Part shown: positions 39,232 to 48,906 of the stretch, piece after piece
Layout: each line of letters begins with the position of its first letter
Numbering within the stretch: position 1 is the stretch's first letter
DNA from: a bacterium
GTDB taxonomy: Bacteria; Patescibacteriota; Minisyncoccia; Minisyncoccales; CG1-02-41-26
DNA: 64,000 bases
NCBI GenBank assembly: GCA_030616605.1
Contig: JAUWWY010000002.1
Location: 118,867 to 182,866, forward strand
Reading direction: 5' to 3'
Position numbers and translations under genes: made by a program
The notes under the pieces: generated by a model
Told to the model about the DNA's origin: nothing
The model's database searches: none
The model's input: the letters and a program-made list of their open reading frames with translations, nothing else

Positions 39232-40593
39232 ATGGCTGGACTTTTTGCTTTAAGTATTGATCCGAAAGCATATAAGAATAACTTCTCAGAAGACTTTCTC
39301 TGGGGAACATTTTATCAACAGCATTTAGGAGAGGAGTCCTCAGGTTTAGCGATTTCCCAAAATGGAATAATCTATAGTGAAGCCCTTCCGGGACACTTCA
39401 AACCCAACTTTCAGGACAAATTAGACCGTCTTGAAAGGAATTGCGAAGCAATAGCCATAGGTTACTGTGGCCCAAGTCAAGAACCCTTTGAGCAACAGAC
39501 GAATTTAGGTCCAATTACTGCCTGTTTTTCCGGTAATATCCTCAATCGTTCTTCTTTAATAAAGGAGTTTATGACTTTTGGTCATACCTTTGTCAGAGGA
39601 GATGATATAGAGGTTATTATTAAGCTTGTGGCTCAAGGTAAGGATATAATTGAGGGACTTACCAGATTGAGTGAAGAGATTCAAGGTTCCTATGCCTTGT
39701 TGTTGCTTAACGAAGAAGGACTTTACGCCACAAGTTTTCCAGGACATTGGCCTTTGGTAGTTGGAGAAAAGCAAGGAGCGATAGCTCTGGCTACTGATCC
39801 CTCAGGATTCAGCAACCGAGGATTTAAGATTCAACGGGACCTGGAACCGGGAGAAATCGTTTTAATTAAAAATGGAAAGATTGAAACGAAAAATATAATC
39901 TCCTGCGCTAGCACTCAGGGTCGGGTTTGTAGCTTTAAGTTTGTCTATACTGATTTCCCAGTAGGAGTATTTAGAGGAATTCCATATTCTCTCGTCAGAA
40001 AGAAGTTGGGAGCTACTTTAGCTCGCCGAGATATTGAAAAGAACTTTTTCCCCGACATTGTTGCTTCGGTTCCTGATTCCGGTCGCTCTCACGCTATTGG
40101 CTATCATCAGGAATTCTGCCGGCAAATGAATGAAGGAAGGATAAAGAAGGTTCCTCTTTTTGATGAGCTTTTGCTTAAATACCCTTACTCTGGTAGAAGC
40201 TTTACCCTCCAGACTCAAGAAGCAAGAGATGAAAAAACTCACATTAAACTTCTGAGAAATAGCGAGAGCTATCAGGGGATGGTAGTGGTTATTGTTGATG
40301 ATTCCATTGTCAGGGGAACCCAGACCCAGACAAACTTGGTACCCAAACTCCGGGCTTTAGGACTGGCTGAAATTCACTTTAGAATTTCTAATCCAGAATT
40401 ACTTTCCTATTGTCCCTGGGGCAAGACAACCAAGGAAGGAGAGCTCTTCGCTAACCAGTTTTCCTCAAAAAAAGAGAGGATTAAATTCTTGGGCATTAAA
40501 AGCCTGGAATATAATACAATCGAGGATTTGGTTGAAGCGATTGGGCTTTCTCCAGAAGTTCTTTGTCTGGATTGCAGTTTATCACAATCTTAA
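39232..40593 (+). CDS. purF: Amidophosphoribosyltransferase-like protein lacking the N-terminal Cys nucleophile
   Basis: QHLG, DLEPGE, CSF..VY, VPDSG, VDDSIVRGT, CPWG, CLDC; N-terminus is MAGLF rather than MCG. Confidence 0.8.
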   Translation: MAGLFALSIDPKAYKNNFSEDFLWGTFYQQHLGEESSGLAISQNGIIYSEALPGHFKPNFQDKLDRLERNCEAIAIGYCGPSQEPFEQQTNLGPITACFSGNILNRSSLIKEFMTFGHTFVRGDDIEVIIKLVAQGKDIIEGLTRLSEEIQGSYALLLLNEEGLYATSFPGHWPLVVGEKQGAIALATDPSGFSNRGFKIQRDLEPGEIVLIKNGKIETKNIISCASTQGRVCSFKFVYTDFPVGVFRGIPYSLVRKKLGATLARRDIEKNFFPDIVASVPDSGRSHAIGYHQEFCRQMNEGRIKKVPLFDELLLKYPYSGRSFTLQTQEARDEKTHIKLLRNSESYQGMVVVIVDDSIVRGTQTQTNLVPKLRALGLAEIHFRISNPELLSYCPWGKTTKEGELFANQFSSKKERIKFLGIKSLEYNTIEDLVEAIGLSPEVLCLDCSLSQS

Positions 40594-40599
40594 CACCCA

Positions 40600-40628
40600 A
40601 AGAGCCGTCACAATAGACGGCTCTTTTC
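40600..40628. terminator. Bidirectional terminator between purF-like and rplT
   Basis: AGAGCCGTC-acaata-GACGGCTCT followed by TTT. Confidence 0.8.
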
Positions 40629-40649
40629 TTCGAAATGTATTTTAGCAAG

Positions 40650-40997
40650 CTATTTTTTTACTTTCTCAACAATTTTTTTGAAAATCTCTGGTTCTTTTTT
40701 TGCCAGGGTAGATAAAATTTTTCTATCCAGAATAATATTTTTTTCTTTTAATAAATGAATAAATTTACTATATGATAAACCTAAATTTCGGCAAGCGGCA
40801 TTTATTTGAATTTGCCAAAGCTTTCGAAATTCTCTTTTTTTAACTTTTCTGTCTCGATAGGCATAAGTCCGGGCTTTCATTAAGGCCTCTTTTGCCAATC
40901 TATATTTCGATTTCCTTCCCCAGCGAAAACCCTTTGTTTCTTTCAATAAACGTTTTCTTTTTTTGTGAGCAATTTTTCCTCGTTTTACTCGAACCAT
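40650..40997 (-). CDS. rplT: 50S ribosomal protein L20
   Basis: MVRVKRG, YAYRDRK, LWQIQINAA, LDRKIL. Confidence 0.97.
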   Translation of the reverse strand: MVRVKRGKIAHKKRKRLLKETKGFRWGRKSKYRLAKEALMKARTYAYRDRKVKKREFRKLWQIQINAACRNLGLSYSKFIHLLKEKNIILDRKILSTLAKKEPEIFKKIVEKVKK

Positions 40998-41005
40998 AAT
41001 CTCTA

Positions 41006-41191
41006 TTAGTGATTTAACAATTTTTTTATTTTTTTTGCTAAGGGTTTAGAAAGGGGAACCAATTTTCTGAGTTCTCTTATTTTCTTTCCTGATTTTTTGG
41101 CCCGAAAATGGTCCTGTCCACTAGGACGTCTTAAAACCTTGCCGCTTTTTGTAATCTTGAATCTTTTTTTGAGAGATTTCCTGGTTTTCAT
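41006..41191 (-). CDS. rpmI: 50S ribosomal protein L35
   Basis: MKTRKS..KRFKITKSGK; position between infC and rplT. Confidence 0.95.
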   Translation of the reverse strand: MKTRKSLKKRFKITKSGKVLRRPSGQDHFRAKKSGKKIRELRKLVPLSKPLAKKIKKLLNH

Positions 41192-41193
41192 AT

Positions 41194-41697
41194 TTATGCT
41201 TTTGAAATAATTATTATTAATCCTGAGGGTTGTTTTTTTAATTCTCGTTCAATATTAAAGGGAGTTGATTCTTTTAAAATTTCCAAAAACTTATTTATTT
41301 TTTCTTTGGCAAAATCAGTTAATGCTTTTTCTCTTCCTCTCAATCTCATGTCAATTTTAACCTTATAACCCTTGTTTAAAAATTTCTCAGCCGTTTTGAG
41401 CCGGGTTTCTAAATCGTGTTCGGAGATATTAAAACTTAATCTTAAATTCTTTAAGCCTCCAGCTTTTTTTACTTTTTGTTTTTTCTTTTCTTCCTGATAA
41501 AGATATTTTTTATAATCTCCTATTTTGCAAACTGGAGGCTCTGTTTTTTCGACAATCTGCATTAAATCCAGCTTTTTCTGATAAGCTTGTTTAAGAGCTT
41601 CTCTTAACTCAAAAATTCCAATGTATTTTCCATCTTCTCCTATTAATCTTACTTTTCTTGCTCTTATTTGATTGTTGATAAGTATTTTTTTTGCCAA
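41194..41697 (-). CDS. infC: Translation initiation factor IF-3 (non-AUG, TTG start)
   Basis: INNQIRA..VRLI, PPVCKI, HDL, RGRE. Confidence 0.93.
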   Translation of the reverse strand: MAKKILINNQIRARKVRLIGEDGKYIGIFELREALKQAYQKKLDLMQIVEKTEPPVCKIGDYKKYLYQEEKKKQKVKKAGGLKNLRLSFNISEHDLETRLKTAEKFLNKGYKVKIDMRLRGREKALTDFAKEKINKFLEILKESTPFNIERELKKQPSGLIIIISKA

Positions 41698-41739
41698 ATT
41701 TTTATACCGTCCCTATCTCGGAAAAGAATAATGAACGAA

Positions 41740-42085
41740 TGGTGGAGGTGGCGAGTTGCGAGCTCGCGTCCAGAAATTTTTCTGGAACAATTCTACAAGT
41801 TTAGCTTACTTTGAATCTCAGGTCATAAATTAAAAGCAAGCCAAAAATTTAAGACCATAACCTCTAAATTTTCAGCAGTTTTCTGAGGTAAAAAAACTAC
41901 CTATCTCGAAAATATAACACCTCTTTCTACTTACCGAGAATCAGTAGGAGAGATGGCATTACGCTATTGCGTAAGCAGGTTTGTTGAATAAGTTTGCACT
42001 TATTTTGTTTTTTGAAATTTTAACGAGATTTCAGAACTCGACTTGCTTATTCCAGTTCCAATTTCTGTCAAATCCTATCACCCCC
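41740..42085 (-). ncRNA. ssrA: tmRNA; predicted tag (A)ANLFNKPAYAIA*
   Basis: 5' GGGGGTG pairs with 3' CACCTCC-ACCA (G3.U pair); internal GCA AAC TTA TTC AAC AAA CCT GCT TAC GCA ATA GCG TAA; adjacent to smpB. Confidence 0.93.
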
Positions 42086-42176
42086 ATTCTATGACAACAC
42101 TTCTTTTATAATTTGCCACAAGACAATAATAAATACTATTAAAACGAGAATTATTGCTATGATTATATTTGACATG

Positions 42177-42626
42177 TTAAGATTTTTCCTTCAATTTTCT
42201 TCTTATCTCTTTTTCAACTTCTCTCTTTTTAATCTTTTCTCTTTTATCAAATTTCTTTTTTCCTTTAGCTATTCCGAATTCCAGCTTTATTTTTCCTTTT
42301 AAAGTATACATCTTTAAGGGTACCATCGTCAAGCCTTTTTGCTTTGATTTACCAATTAATTGCTTAATTTCTATTTTTTTCAAAAGGAGTTTTCGGCTTC
42401 TTTGAGGATTGTAATCTTTTGCTACATTTTTAGGTTGATAAGGAGGAACATTTGCTCCAATCAAAAAAACCTCTTCTCCCTTTAAGACAACAAAAGAACC
42501 CCGAAGATTTATTCTTCCAGCTTTAATTGATTTTACTTCCTGTCCTGTTAGGACAATTCCAGCTTTGAATTTATCCAGAATTTGATAATGAAAGAAAGCT
42601 TTTTTATTTTCAATTATCGTTTTCAT
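42177..42626 (-). CDS. smpB: SsrA-binding protein SmpB; start moved to 42626
   Basis: NKKAFFHY, AGIVLTGQEVKS, RKLLL, GKKKFDKRE. Confidence 0.96.
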   Translation of the reverse strand: MKTIIENKKAFFHYQILDKFKAGIVLTGQEVKSIKAGRINLRGSFVVLKGEEVFLIGANVPPYQPKNVAKDYNPQRSRKLLLKKIEIKQLIGKSKQKGLTMVPLKMYTLKGKIKLEFGIAKGKKKFDKREKIKKREVEKEIRRKLKEKS

Positions 42627-42678
42627 ATTTTGGCTCTGATACTTTAATTTTAGCAGAAATTGAGCTAAACTGAAACTA

Positions 42679-44265
42679 ATGATTAGAGACGAGATTAAAA
42701 AATTAGTCAAAAAAGCAGTTGAAGAAAATTTTAATATTAAGTTAAAAGAAATTGAAATAGAAAAACCAAAACAAGAAAAATTTGGCGATTATGCCACAAA
42801 TATTGCTTTAATAATTGCCCAAAAAATAGGAAAAAATTCAAAAGAAATAGCAGAAACAATTACTCAATCTTTTGATAACTTAGTCACTCAATCACTTTTC
42901 GATAGAATTGAGACAGCTGACCACGGTTTTATCAATTTTTTTCTTTCTAAAAAATATCTACAAAACGAGATAAAAGAAATTTTGAAAAAGAAGGAGAAAT
43001 TCGGCAAATTAAAAATCGGCAAAGGAAAAAAAATACAGGTTGAATTTATTTCTGCTAATCCAACAGGCCCATTGACTGTGGGTAATGCCCGAGGTGGTCC
43101 TTTAGGTGATGTTTTAGCTAATGTTTTAGAAAAAGCCGGTTTCAAAACAGAAAAAGCTTATTATATTAATGATTATGGGATGCAGATTTTAGCTCTGGGA
43201 CATTCTGTTTTAAAAAGCAAAGAGGCAAAATATCAAGGAGATTATATTGATTATTTAAATAAAAAAATTAGAGAAAAAGATTCTTACAAAGCTGGCCAAG
43301 AAGCAGCTAAAATAATTATTGAGGAAATGATAAAAAAAACTACTGATAGAATGGGCATAAGATATGATGAATGGATTTCAGAAAACTCTTTTTATCAAAA
43401 AGGAGAAGTTGATAAAGTTTTGAAATTTTTAAAGAAAAAAGATTTGCTTTATGAAAAAGAAGGGGCAGTTTGGTTTAGGTCAATAAAGTTTGGAGATAAG
43501 AGAGATAGGGTACTGGTTAAATCTGACAGCTGGAAGACCTATCTGGCCGGCGACTTTGCTTTGCATAAATATAAGTTTGAAAAGAAAAAATTTGATAAAG
43601 TTATAAACATTTGGGGGGCTGACCATTACGGAGATATTCCCGGACTTCAGGCAGGCGTTGAGGCGATAGGTCATAAAGGCAAGCTGGATATTATTCTTTG
43701 CCAGTTTATCACTCTTTTGGAAAAAGGAGACAAGAAGAAAATGTCAAAAAGAAAAGGCCTTTATGTGACCATGGACGAATTATTGGACAAAGTTGGTCCT
43801 GACGTTACCAGATTCTTTTTTCTTCAGAAATCAGCCAGCACTCATTTAAATTTTGACTTGGATTTAGCTAAAGAACAGTCAGAGAAAAACCCGGTTTATT
43901 ATGTTCAGTATGCCTACGCTCGGATTTGTAGTATCCTAAGAGAGCTCAAAACGCAAAGCTCAAAGCGCAAAACTATAGCTCAAAATTTAAAGCTATTAAA
44001 TCATCCGAAAGAATTAAATCTTATTAAACAGCTTATTAGATTCCCAGAAATTATTGAAGATACAGCCTATGATTATCAGGTTCAAAGATTGCCACAATAT
44101 GCTCAGGAATTAGCAGCTTTATTTCATCAGTTTTATGGAGATTGTAGAGTTATCTCAACTGACAAAGAATTAACTCAAGTTCGTTTAGCTCTAATTTCAG
44201 CTGTAAAAATTGTTTTTAAAAATATTTTGGATTTAATGGGTATTTCTGCTCCCAAAAAGATGTAG
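42679..44265 (+). CDS. argS: Arginine--tRNA ligase
   Basis: FGDYATN, EFISANPTGPL, WGADH, KMSKR, YVQYAYAR, terminal APKKM. Confidence 0.97.
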   Translation: MIRDEIKKLVKKAVEENFNIKLKEIEIEKPKQEKFGDYATNIALIIAQKIGKNSKEIAETITQSFDNLVTQSLFDRIETADHGFINFFLSKKYLQNEIKEILKKKEKFGKLKIGKGKKIQVEFISANPTGPLTVGNARGGPLGDVLANVLEKAGFKTEKAYYINDYGMQILALGHSVLKSKEAKYQGDYIDYLNKKIREKDSYKAGQEAAKIIIEEMIKKTTDRMGIRYDEWISENSFYQKGEVDKVLKFLKKKDLLYEKEGAVWFRSIKFGDKRDRVLVKSDSWKTYLAGDFALHKYKFEKKKFDKVINIWGADHYGDIPGLQAGVEAIGHKGKLDIILCQFITLLEKGDKKKMSKRKGLYVTMDELLDKVGPDVTRFFFLQKSASTHLNFDLDLAKEQSEKNPVYYVQYAYARICSILRELKTQSSKRKTIAQNLKLLNHPKELNLIKQLIRFPEIIEDTAYDYQVQRLPQYAQELAALFHQFYGDCRVISTDKELTQVRLALISAVKIVFKNILDLMGISAPKKM

Positions 44266-44266
44266 T

Positions 44267-44836
44267 ATGAATAACACTTATTTTATTTTAAGACATGGGG
44301 AAACGACTCATCAAACAAAAAAAGAAAGGATTGTTTATCCTTGGCCAGAATCATCTCCAATATTATTAAATGAGAAGGGAAAAAAACAGATAAAGGATGC
44401 AGCTGAAAAACTAAAGGCGGAGAAAATTGACTTAATTTTTTCCTCAGATTTTCCCAGAACTCGCCAGACAGCCGAGATTGTAGCTGAAAAACTTAGAAAG
44501 AATGTAATTTTTGATAGACGGCTGCGGGAATTTAATGTTGGTGTTTTCCGGGGCAAAGAAGCAAAACAATATTACAATTATTTCTCTTCTCCAAAACAAA
44601 GATTCTGGAAAACTCCCCCAAAAGGCGAGAATTTTAGAAATTGTCAGAAGAGAATGTTTGATTTTTTAAAAGAAGTTGATAAAAAACACAAAAACAAAAA
44701 GATTTTAATTGTTAGTCACGGCGACCCCTTATGGTTATTGGAAGGGAAAGTTAAGCAATGGAAAGAAGATGAGTTATTAAAACAAAAATTCCAAAACAAA
44801 AGTATCAAAATGGGTGAAATAAGAAAGTTAGTGTAA
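44267..44836 (+). CDS. Histidine phosphatase family protein
   Basis: LRHGE, SSD..RTRQTA, LRE, VSHGD. Confidence 0.92.
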   Translation: MNNTYFILRHGETTHQTKKERIVYPWPESSPILLNEKGKKQIKDAAEKLKAEKIDLIFSSDFPRTRQTAEIVAEKLRKNVIFDRRLREFNVGVFRGKEAKQYYNYFSSPKQRFWKTPPKGENFRNCQKRMFDFLKEVDKKHKNKKILIVSHGDPLWLLEGKVKQWKEDELLKQKFQNKSIKMGEIRKLV

Positions 44837-44840
44837 AATT

Positions 44841-47726
44841 ATGGATTTTCCCAAAATTGAAAAAAAGATATTGAACTTTTGGAAAGAAAACAAGTTTTTT
44901 GAAAAGCTCCAGAAAAAAAACCGTGGTAAAAAACACTGGTCATTTTTAGATGGTCCGATAACAGCCAATAATCCAATGGGTGTTCATCATGCCTGGGGAA
45001 GGACATACAAAGATTTATTCCAGAGATATAAAGCAATGCAAGGTTTTGCTCAACGTTTCCAAAATGGTTTTGACTGTCAGGGTTTGTGGGTTGAAGTTGA
45101 AGTTGAAAAGGAACTGGGATTTGAAAATAAAAAAGACATTGAAAAATACGGCATAGAGAATTTTGTTCAGAAATGTAAAGAAAGGGTTTCAAAATATTCA
45201 AAAATTCAAACCGAGCAGTCAATCCGACTGGGCCAGTGGATGGATTGGGAAAATTCTTATTACACAATGTCTGACGAGAACAATTATGCTATCTGGCACT
45301 TTTTAAAAAAATGTCATCAAAAAGGACTTTTATACAAAGGCAGGGATGTAGTGCCCTGGTGTTCCAGGTGCGGGACGGCTATTTCCCAGCATGAAATTTT
45401 AGCTGAAGAGTATAAAGAAATAACTCATAAAGCTATTTTTGTAAAACTGCCCATTATTGGTGAGAAAAATACTTATTTTCTTGTTTGGACAACAACTCCC
45501 TGGACTTTACCAGCCAATGTTGCTTTAGCTGTTCAGCCGGAACTCAATTATGCCAAAATTAAAGATAAAAATGGGAATATATTTATTTTATTAAAAGATA
45601 AATCAAATCTCATTTCTGATGGAGAAATTAGAGAAACTTTTTTGGGTAAAAAATTAGAGGGTCTTAAATATCAGGGATTGTTTGATGAACTACCGGTTGT
45701 CAAAGAGAGTTTAGGAGATTACAAACACTCGGTCATTTTGTGGAAAGAAGTGACTGAAGAGGAAGGAACGGGAATTGTCCATATTGCTCCGGGTTGCGGA
45801 GAAGAAGATTTTCAGTTAAGCAAAGAATTTGATTTGCCGGTTATTAACCCTACTGATAATGAGAGTAGATATAAAGAGGGATTTGGAAAATTGAGTTCTA
45901 AATTTGTTCTTGTTGATGAAACAAGAGATATGATATTTGAAGACCTTTCAAAGAAAAATTTAGTTTTTAAAATTGAAGATTATACTCACCGTTATCCAAC
46001 TTGCTGGCGATGTAAAACAGAGCTAATTTTTCGTTTGGTTGACGAATGGTATATTGCCATGGATTCTTTGAGGAAGCCCTTAATGAAAAGTACTCACAAT
46101 GTTAAATGGATTCCTCTTTTTGGACTTGAAAGAGAATTGGATTGGCTGAAAAATATGAAAGATTGGTTAATTTCTAAAAAGAGATACTGGGGTTTGTCTC
46201 TGCCGATTTTTGAGTGTCAAAAGTGCGGCAATTTTGAAGTTATTGGTTCAAAAGAAGAACTAAAAGAAAAAACTGTTGAAGGTTGGGAAAAATTTGAAGG
46301 TCATTCTCCACACCGGCCCTGGGTAGATAAGATAAAAATTAAATGTTCAAAATGCGGCCAAATGATTTCCCGTATTCCAGATGTTGGTAATCCCTGGCTG
46401 GATGCTGGGATTGTTCCTTTTTCAACAATAAAATATTTTTCTGATAAGAATTTTTGGGGAAAGTGGTTTCCAGCTGATTTTATTTGTGAATCATTTCCTG
46501 GTCAGTTTAAAAACTGGTTTTATTCCCTTTTGGTAATGAGCCAGGTTTTGGAAAATACAAATCCATTTAGAACAATTTTTGGCTATGCCAGCGTGGTTGA
46601 TGAAAAAGGAGAAGAGATGCATAAATCTAAAGGCAATGTTATTTGGTTTGATGAAGCGGTTGAAAAAATAGGAGCTGATGTAATGAGATGGATGTATGTC
46701 AGGCAAAATCCTTTTTCTAATTTAAGGTTTGGTTATAACGTGGCAGCTGAGATAAAAAGAAAGCTTTTGACATTGTCGAACAGCTACAGCTTTTTTGAGA
46801 CCTATGGAGAGAAGTCAAAAGTCCGGCTTTCATCAAGGATTGAGCGGGCAAGCAAAAATCTTTTAGATAAATGGGTTGTTTCCCGATTAAACAGTTTAAT
46901 TGAAAAAGCTACTAAATCTTTAGATGTTTATAATTCTTCTCGGGCCGCTTTAGCAATAGAGAATTTTTTCATTAATGACTTATCTCTCTGGTATATCAGA
47001 AGAACAAGGAAAAGATTTCAAACCCCGAAAAGTAAAAAGGAAAAAAGAGAAGCAGAGAGAACTTTATATTATATACTTCTGACTTTAATAAAATTGATTG
47101 CTCCGACGATGCCCTTTTTTGCTGAAGAAGTTTACCAAAAATTAAGAAATGAAAAAATGCCAGAATCAGTGCATTTGTGCGATTGGCCAGATGGAGATAA
47201 AAAACTAATTGAGGAAAAATTAGAAAAAGAAATGGAAGAGGTTCGGGGAATTGTAACCAAGGTTTTAGCCAAAAGAACCGAATTGGGTATAAAAGTAAGA
47301 CAACCGCTTAAAAAATTAAAAATCAAAAATCAAAAATTAAAAATGAGTAAAGGATTATTAAATTTAATTAAAGAAGAAGTTAATGTTAAAGATATAATTT
47401 TTGACAACAAGATTAAAGAGGAGATAGAACTGGATATAGAAATTAGCCCGAAGTTAAAAGAGGAAGGAGAGGTTAGGGAAATTATTCGTCAGATTCAGGA
47501 TTTGCGTAAAAAAGTAGGTTTAACCCCAAAAGACAGAATTATCGTTTACTATTTAAGCAGTCCAAAACTAGCTAAAATTTTAATTAAAAACAAAAATCTA
47601 ATTCTTAAGACTACCAAATCAGAAAAACTTAAAGAGAGTTTAAATAAGGAAGGAGATTTTGAAGCTCAGAAAGAAATTGAAATTAATAAAGAAAAACTCT
47701 TTCTGGCAATTAAAAAGGTCAAATAA
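44841..47726 (+). CDS. ileS: Isoleucine--tRNA ligase (type 2) with variant GVHH and EMHKS signatures
   Basis: DGPITAN, GFDCQGL, WTTTPWTLP, GTGIVHIAPG, DWLISKKRYWG; long type-2 C-terminus. Confidence 0.93.
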   Translation: MDFPKIEKKILNFWKENKFFEKLQKKNRGKKHWSFLDGPITANNPMGVHHAWGRTYKDLFQRYKAMQGFAQRFQNGFDCQGLWVEVEVEKELGFENKKDIEKYGIENFVQKCKERVSKYSKIQTEQSIRLGQWMDWENSYYTMSDENNYAIWHFLKKCHQKGLLYKGRDVVPWCSRCGTAISQHEILAEEYKEITHKAIFVKLPIIGEKNTYFLVWTTTPWTLPANVALAVQPELNYAKIKDKNGNIFILLKDKSNLISDGEIRETFLGKKLEGLKYQGLFDELPVVKESLGDYKHSVILWKEVTEEEGTGIVHIAPGCGEEDFQLSKEFDLPVINPTDNESRYKEGFGKLSSKFVLVDETRDMIFEDLSKKNLVFKIEDYTHRYPTCWRCKTELIFRLVDEWYIAMDSLRKPLMKSTHNVKWIPLFGLERELDWLKNMKDWLISKKRYWGLSLPIFECQKCGNFEVIGSKEELKEKTVEGWEKFEGHSPHRPWVDKIKIKCSKCGQMISRIPDVGNPWLDAGIVPFSTIKYFSDKNFWGKWFPADFICESFPGQFKNWFYSLLVMSQVLENTNPFRTIFGYASVVDEKGEEMHKSKGNVIWFDEAVEKIGADVMRWMYVRQNPFSNLRFGYNVAAEIKRKLLTLSNSYSFFETYGEKSKVRLSSRIERASKNLLDKWVVSRLNSLIEKATKSLDVYNSSRAALAIENFFINDLSLWYIRRTRKRFQTPKSKKEKREAERTLYYILLTLIKLIAPTMPFFAEEVYQKLRNEKMPESVHLCDWPDGDKKLIEEKLEKEMEEVRGIVTKVLAKRTELGIKVRQPLKKLKIKNQKLKMSKGLLNLIKEEVNVKDIIFDNKIKEEIELDIEISPKLKEEGEVREIIRQIQDLRKKVGLTPKDRIIVYYLSSPKLAKILIKNKNLILKTTKSEKLKESLNKEGDFEAQKEIEINKEKLFLAIKKVK

Positions 47727-47729
47727 TAT

Positions 47730-48059
47730 ATGTCAAAAAATCCAAAAGAAACATCAAAAGAACCAGCCAAAGAAGATTTTTTTGGCAAAAAGGGCTATCT
47801 TTCTAGAATACAACTAAGAGAAAGGTTAAGAAAAGCTTCCCCCAAAATTCCCGGTTCAACAAAATGGTATACTCAACAGCAAAGAATAAATCTGGAAAAA
47901 GAAGTTTTTGCTAAAGGATATGGCGATTATATTACTCGCCAAGAATATCAACGTCGACTTCGAGAACTAAGCAGAGAAAAATTTAAAGTAAAAACAAGCC
48001 AAGAAAAGATAGATATTAATAGAAAAATAAGATACTTGAAAAAATTAGGAGGTTTTTAG
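47730..48059 (+). CDS. Basic hypothetical protein
   Basis: ATG ORF tightly packed between ileS and recO. Confidence 0.7.
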   Translation: MSKNPKETSKEPAKEDFFGKKGYLSRIQLRERLRKASPKIPGSTKWYTQQQRINLEKEVFAKGYGDYITRQEYQRRLRELSREKFKVKTSQEKIDINRKIRYLKKLGGF

Positions 48060-48067
48060 GTTTAACA

Positions 48068-48889
48068 ATGGCATTTACTCATTATAGAACTGGAGGGATT
48101 TTTTTAAAGAAAGATGATCGGGGAGAGGCCGATCAGCTTTTTACAATTTTTACCAAAGAGTTTGGAAAACTCAAAGTTTTAGGAAGAGCTATTCGAAAAA
48201 TTAAATCAAAATTGAGGGTTGGAGCCGATATTTTTTATTTGTCAGAAATTGAATTTATTCAAGGAAAAACCTACAAAACTTTAACTGATGCTATTTTAAT
48301 AGATAAATTTAAAAATTTGAGAAAAGATGCTGAAAAAATAGATTTTAGTTACAAAATAACTGATGTTTTAGATTCTTTAACCGGCGAAGAGGAAAAAGAC
48401 CCCAAAATCTGGCAATTATTAATCCAAACATTTAAATCACTTAATAACCCGATGACTCAATCACTCAATGACTCAATCACTTATTACTTTCTCTGGAATT
48501 TCTTTTCTCTTTTAGGATTCAAACCCGAACTTTACTCTTGTCCAATTTGCGAAAAAAAACTTCTGCCTGAAACTTTTTTATTTGTGCCAAAGGAAGGAGG
48601 GGTGGTTTGTTGGAAATGCTTTGAGAAGCTTAAAGAAGAACCTGCCTTTTTATCCGCCGAAGCTCCATCAGAAGCGAAGGCGGGCGCTGAAGCTACGACA
48701 GGCAGGGAAAAGAAATTGGCAAAGGAAATAAGCGTGGATACGGTTAAAATTTTAAGGCTTTTTCTTTCAGAAAATGGGAATATATTGTCAAGGATTAAGA
48801 TAAGAGAAGAGAATAAGAAAAATTTAGAAGAGATATCAGAAAATTACCTCAATTTTTTAAAAGAGGAGTTTTCAAGAATGGAAAAATAA
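48068..48889 (+). CDS. recO: DNA repair protein RecO
   Basis: GEADQL.TIFTKEFGKL, IRKIKSKL, LGFKPEL..CPIC...GGVVCWKC. Confidence 0.92.
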   Translation: MAFTHYRTGGIFLKKDDRGEADQLFTIFTKEFGKLKVLGRAIRKIKSKLRVGADIFYLSEIEFIQGKTYKTLTDAILIDKFKNLRKDAEKIDFSYKITDVLDSLTGEEEKDPKIWQLLIQTFKSLNNPMTQSLNDSITYYFLWNFFSLLGFKPELYSCPICEKKLLPETFLFVPKEGGVVCWKCFEKLKEEPAFLSAEAPSEAKAGAEATTGREKKLAKEISVDTVKILRLFLSENGNILSRIKIREENKKNLEEISENYLNFLKEEFSRMEK

Positions 48890-48906
48890 GTTAAGATAAT
48901 AATATC

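Noticed and set aside
44839-45267. 142-aa antisense ORF over ileS, and similar 60-130 aa antisense or nested ORFs over murE, GH130, elp3, ftsH, gyrA, valS and others
   Set aside because: Fully overlap well-supported genes and show no recognisable motifs.
18120-47720. AAAGGTC upstream of three starts (18120, 28918, 47714)
   Set aside because: Short motif at variable distance; three cases are not distinguishable from chance without a genome-wide count.
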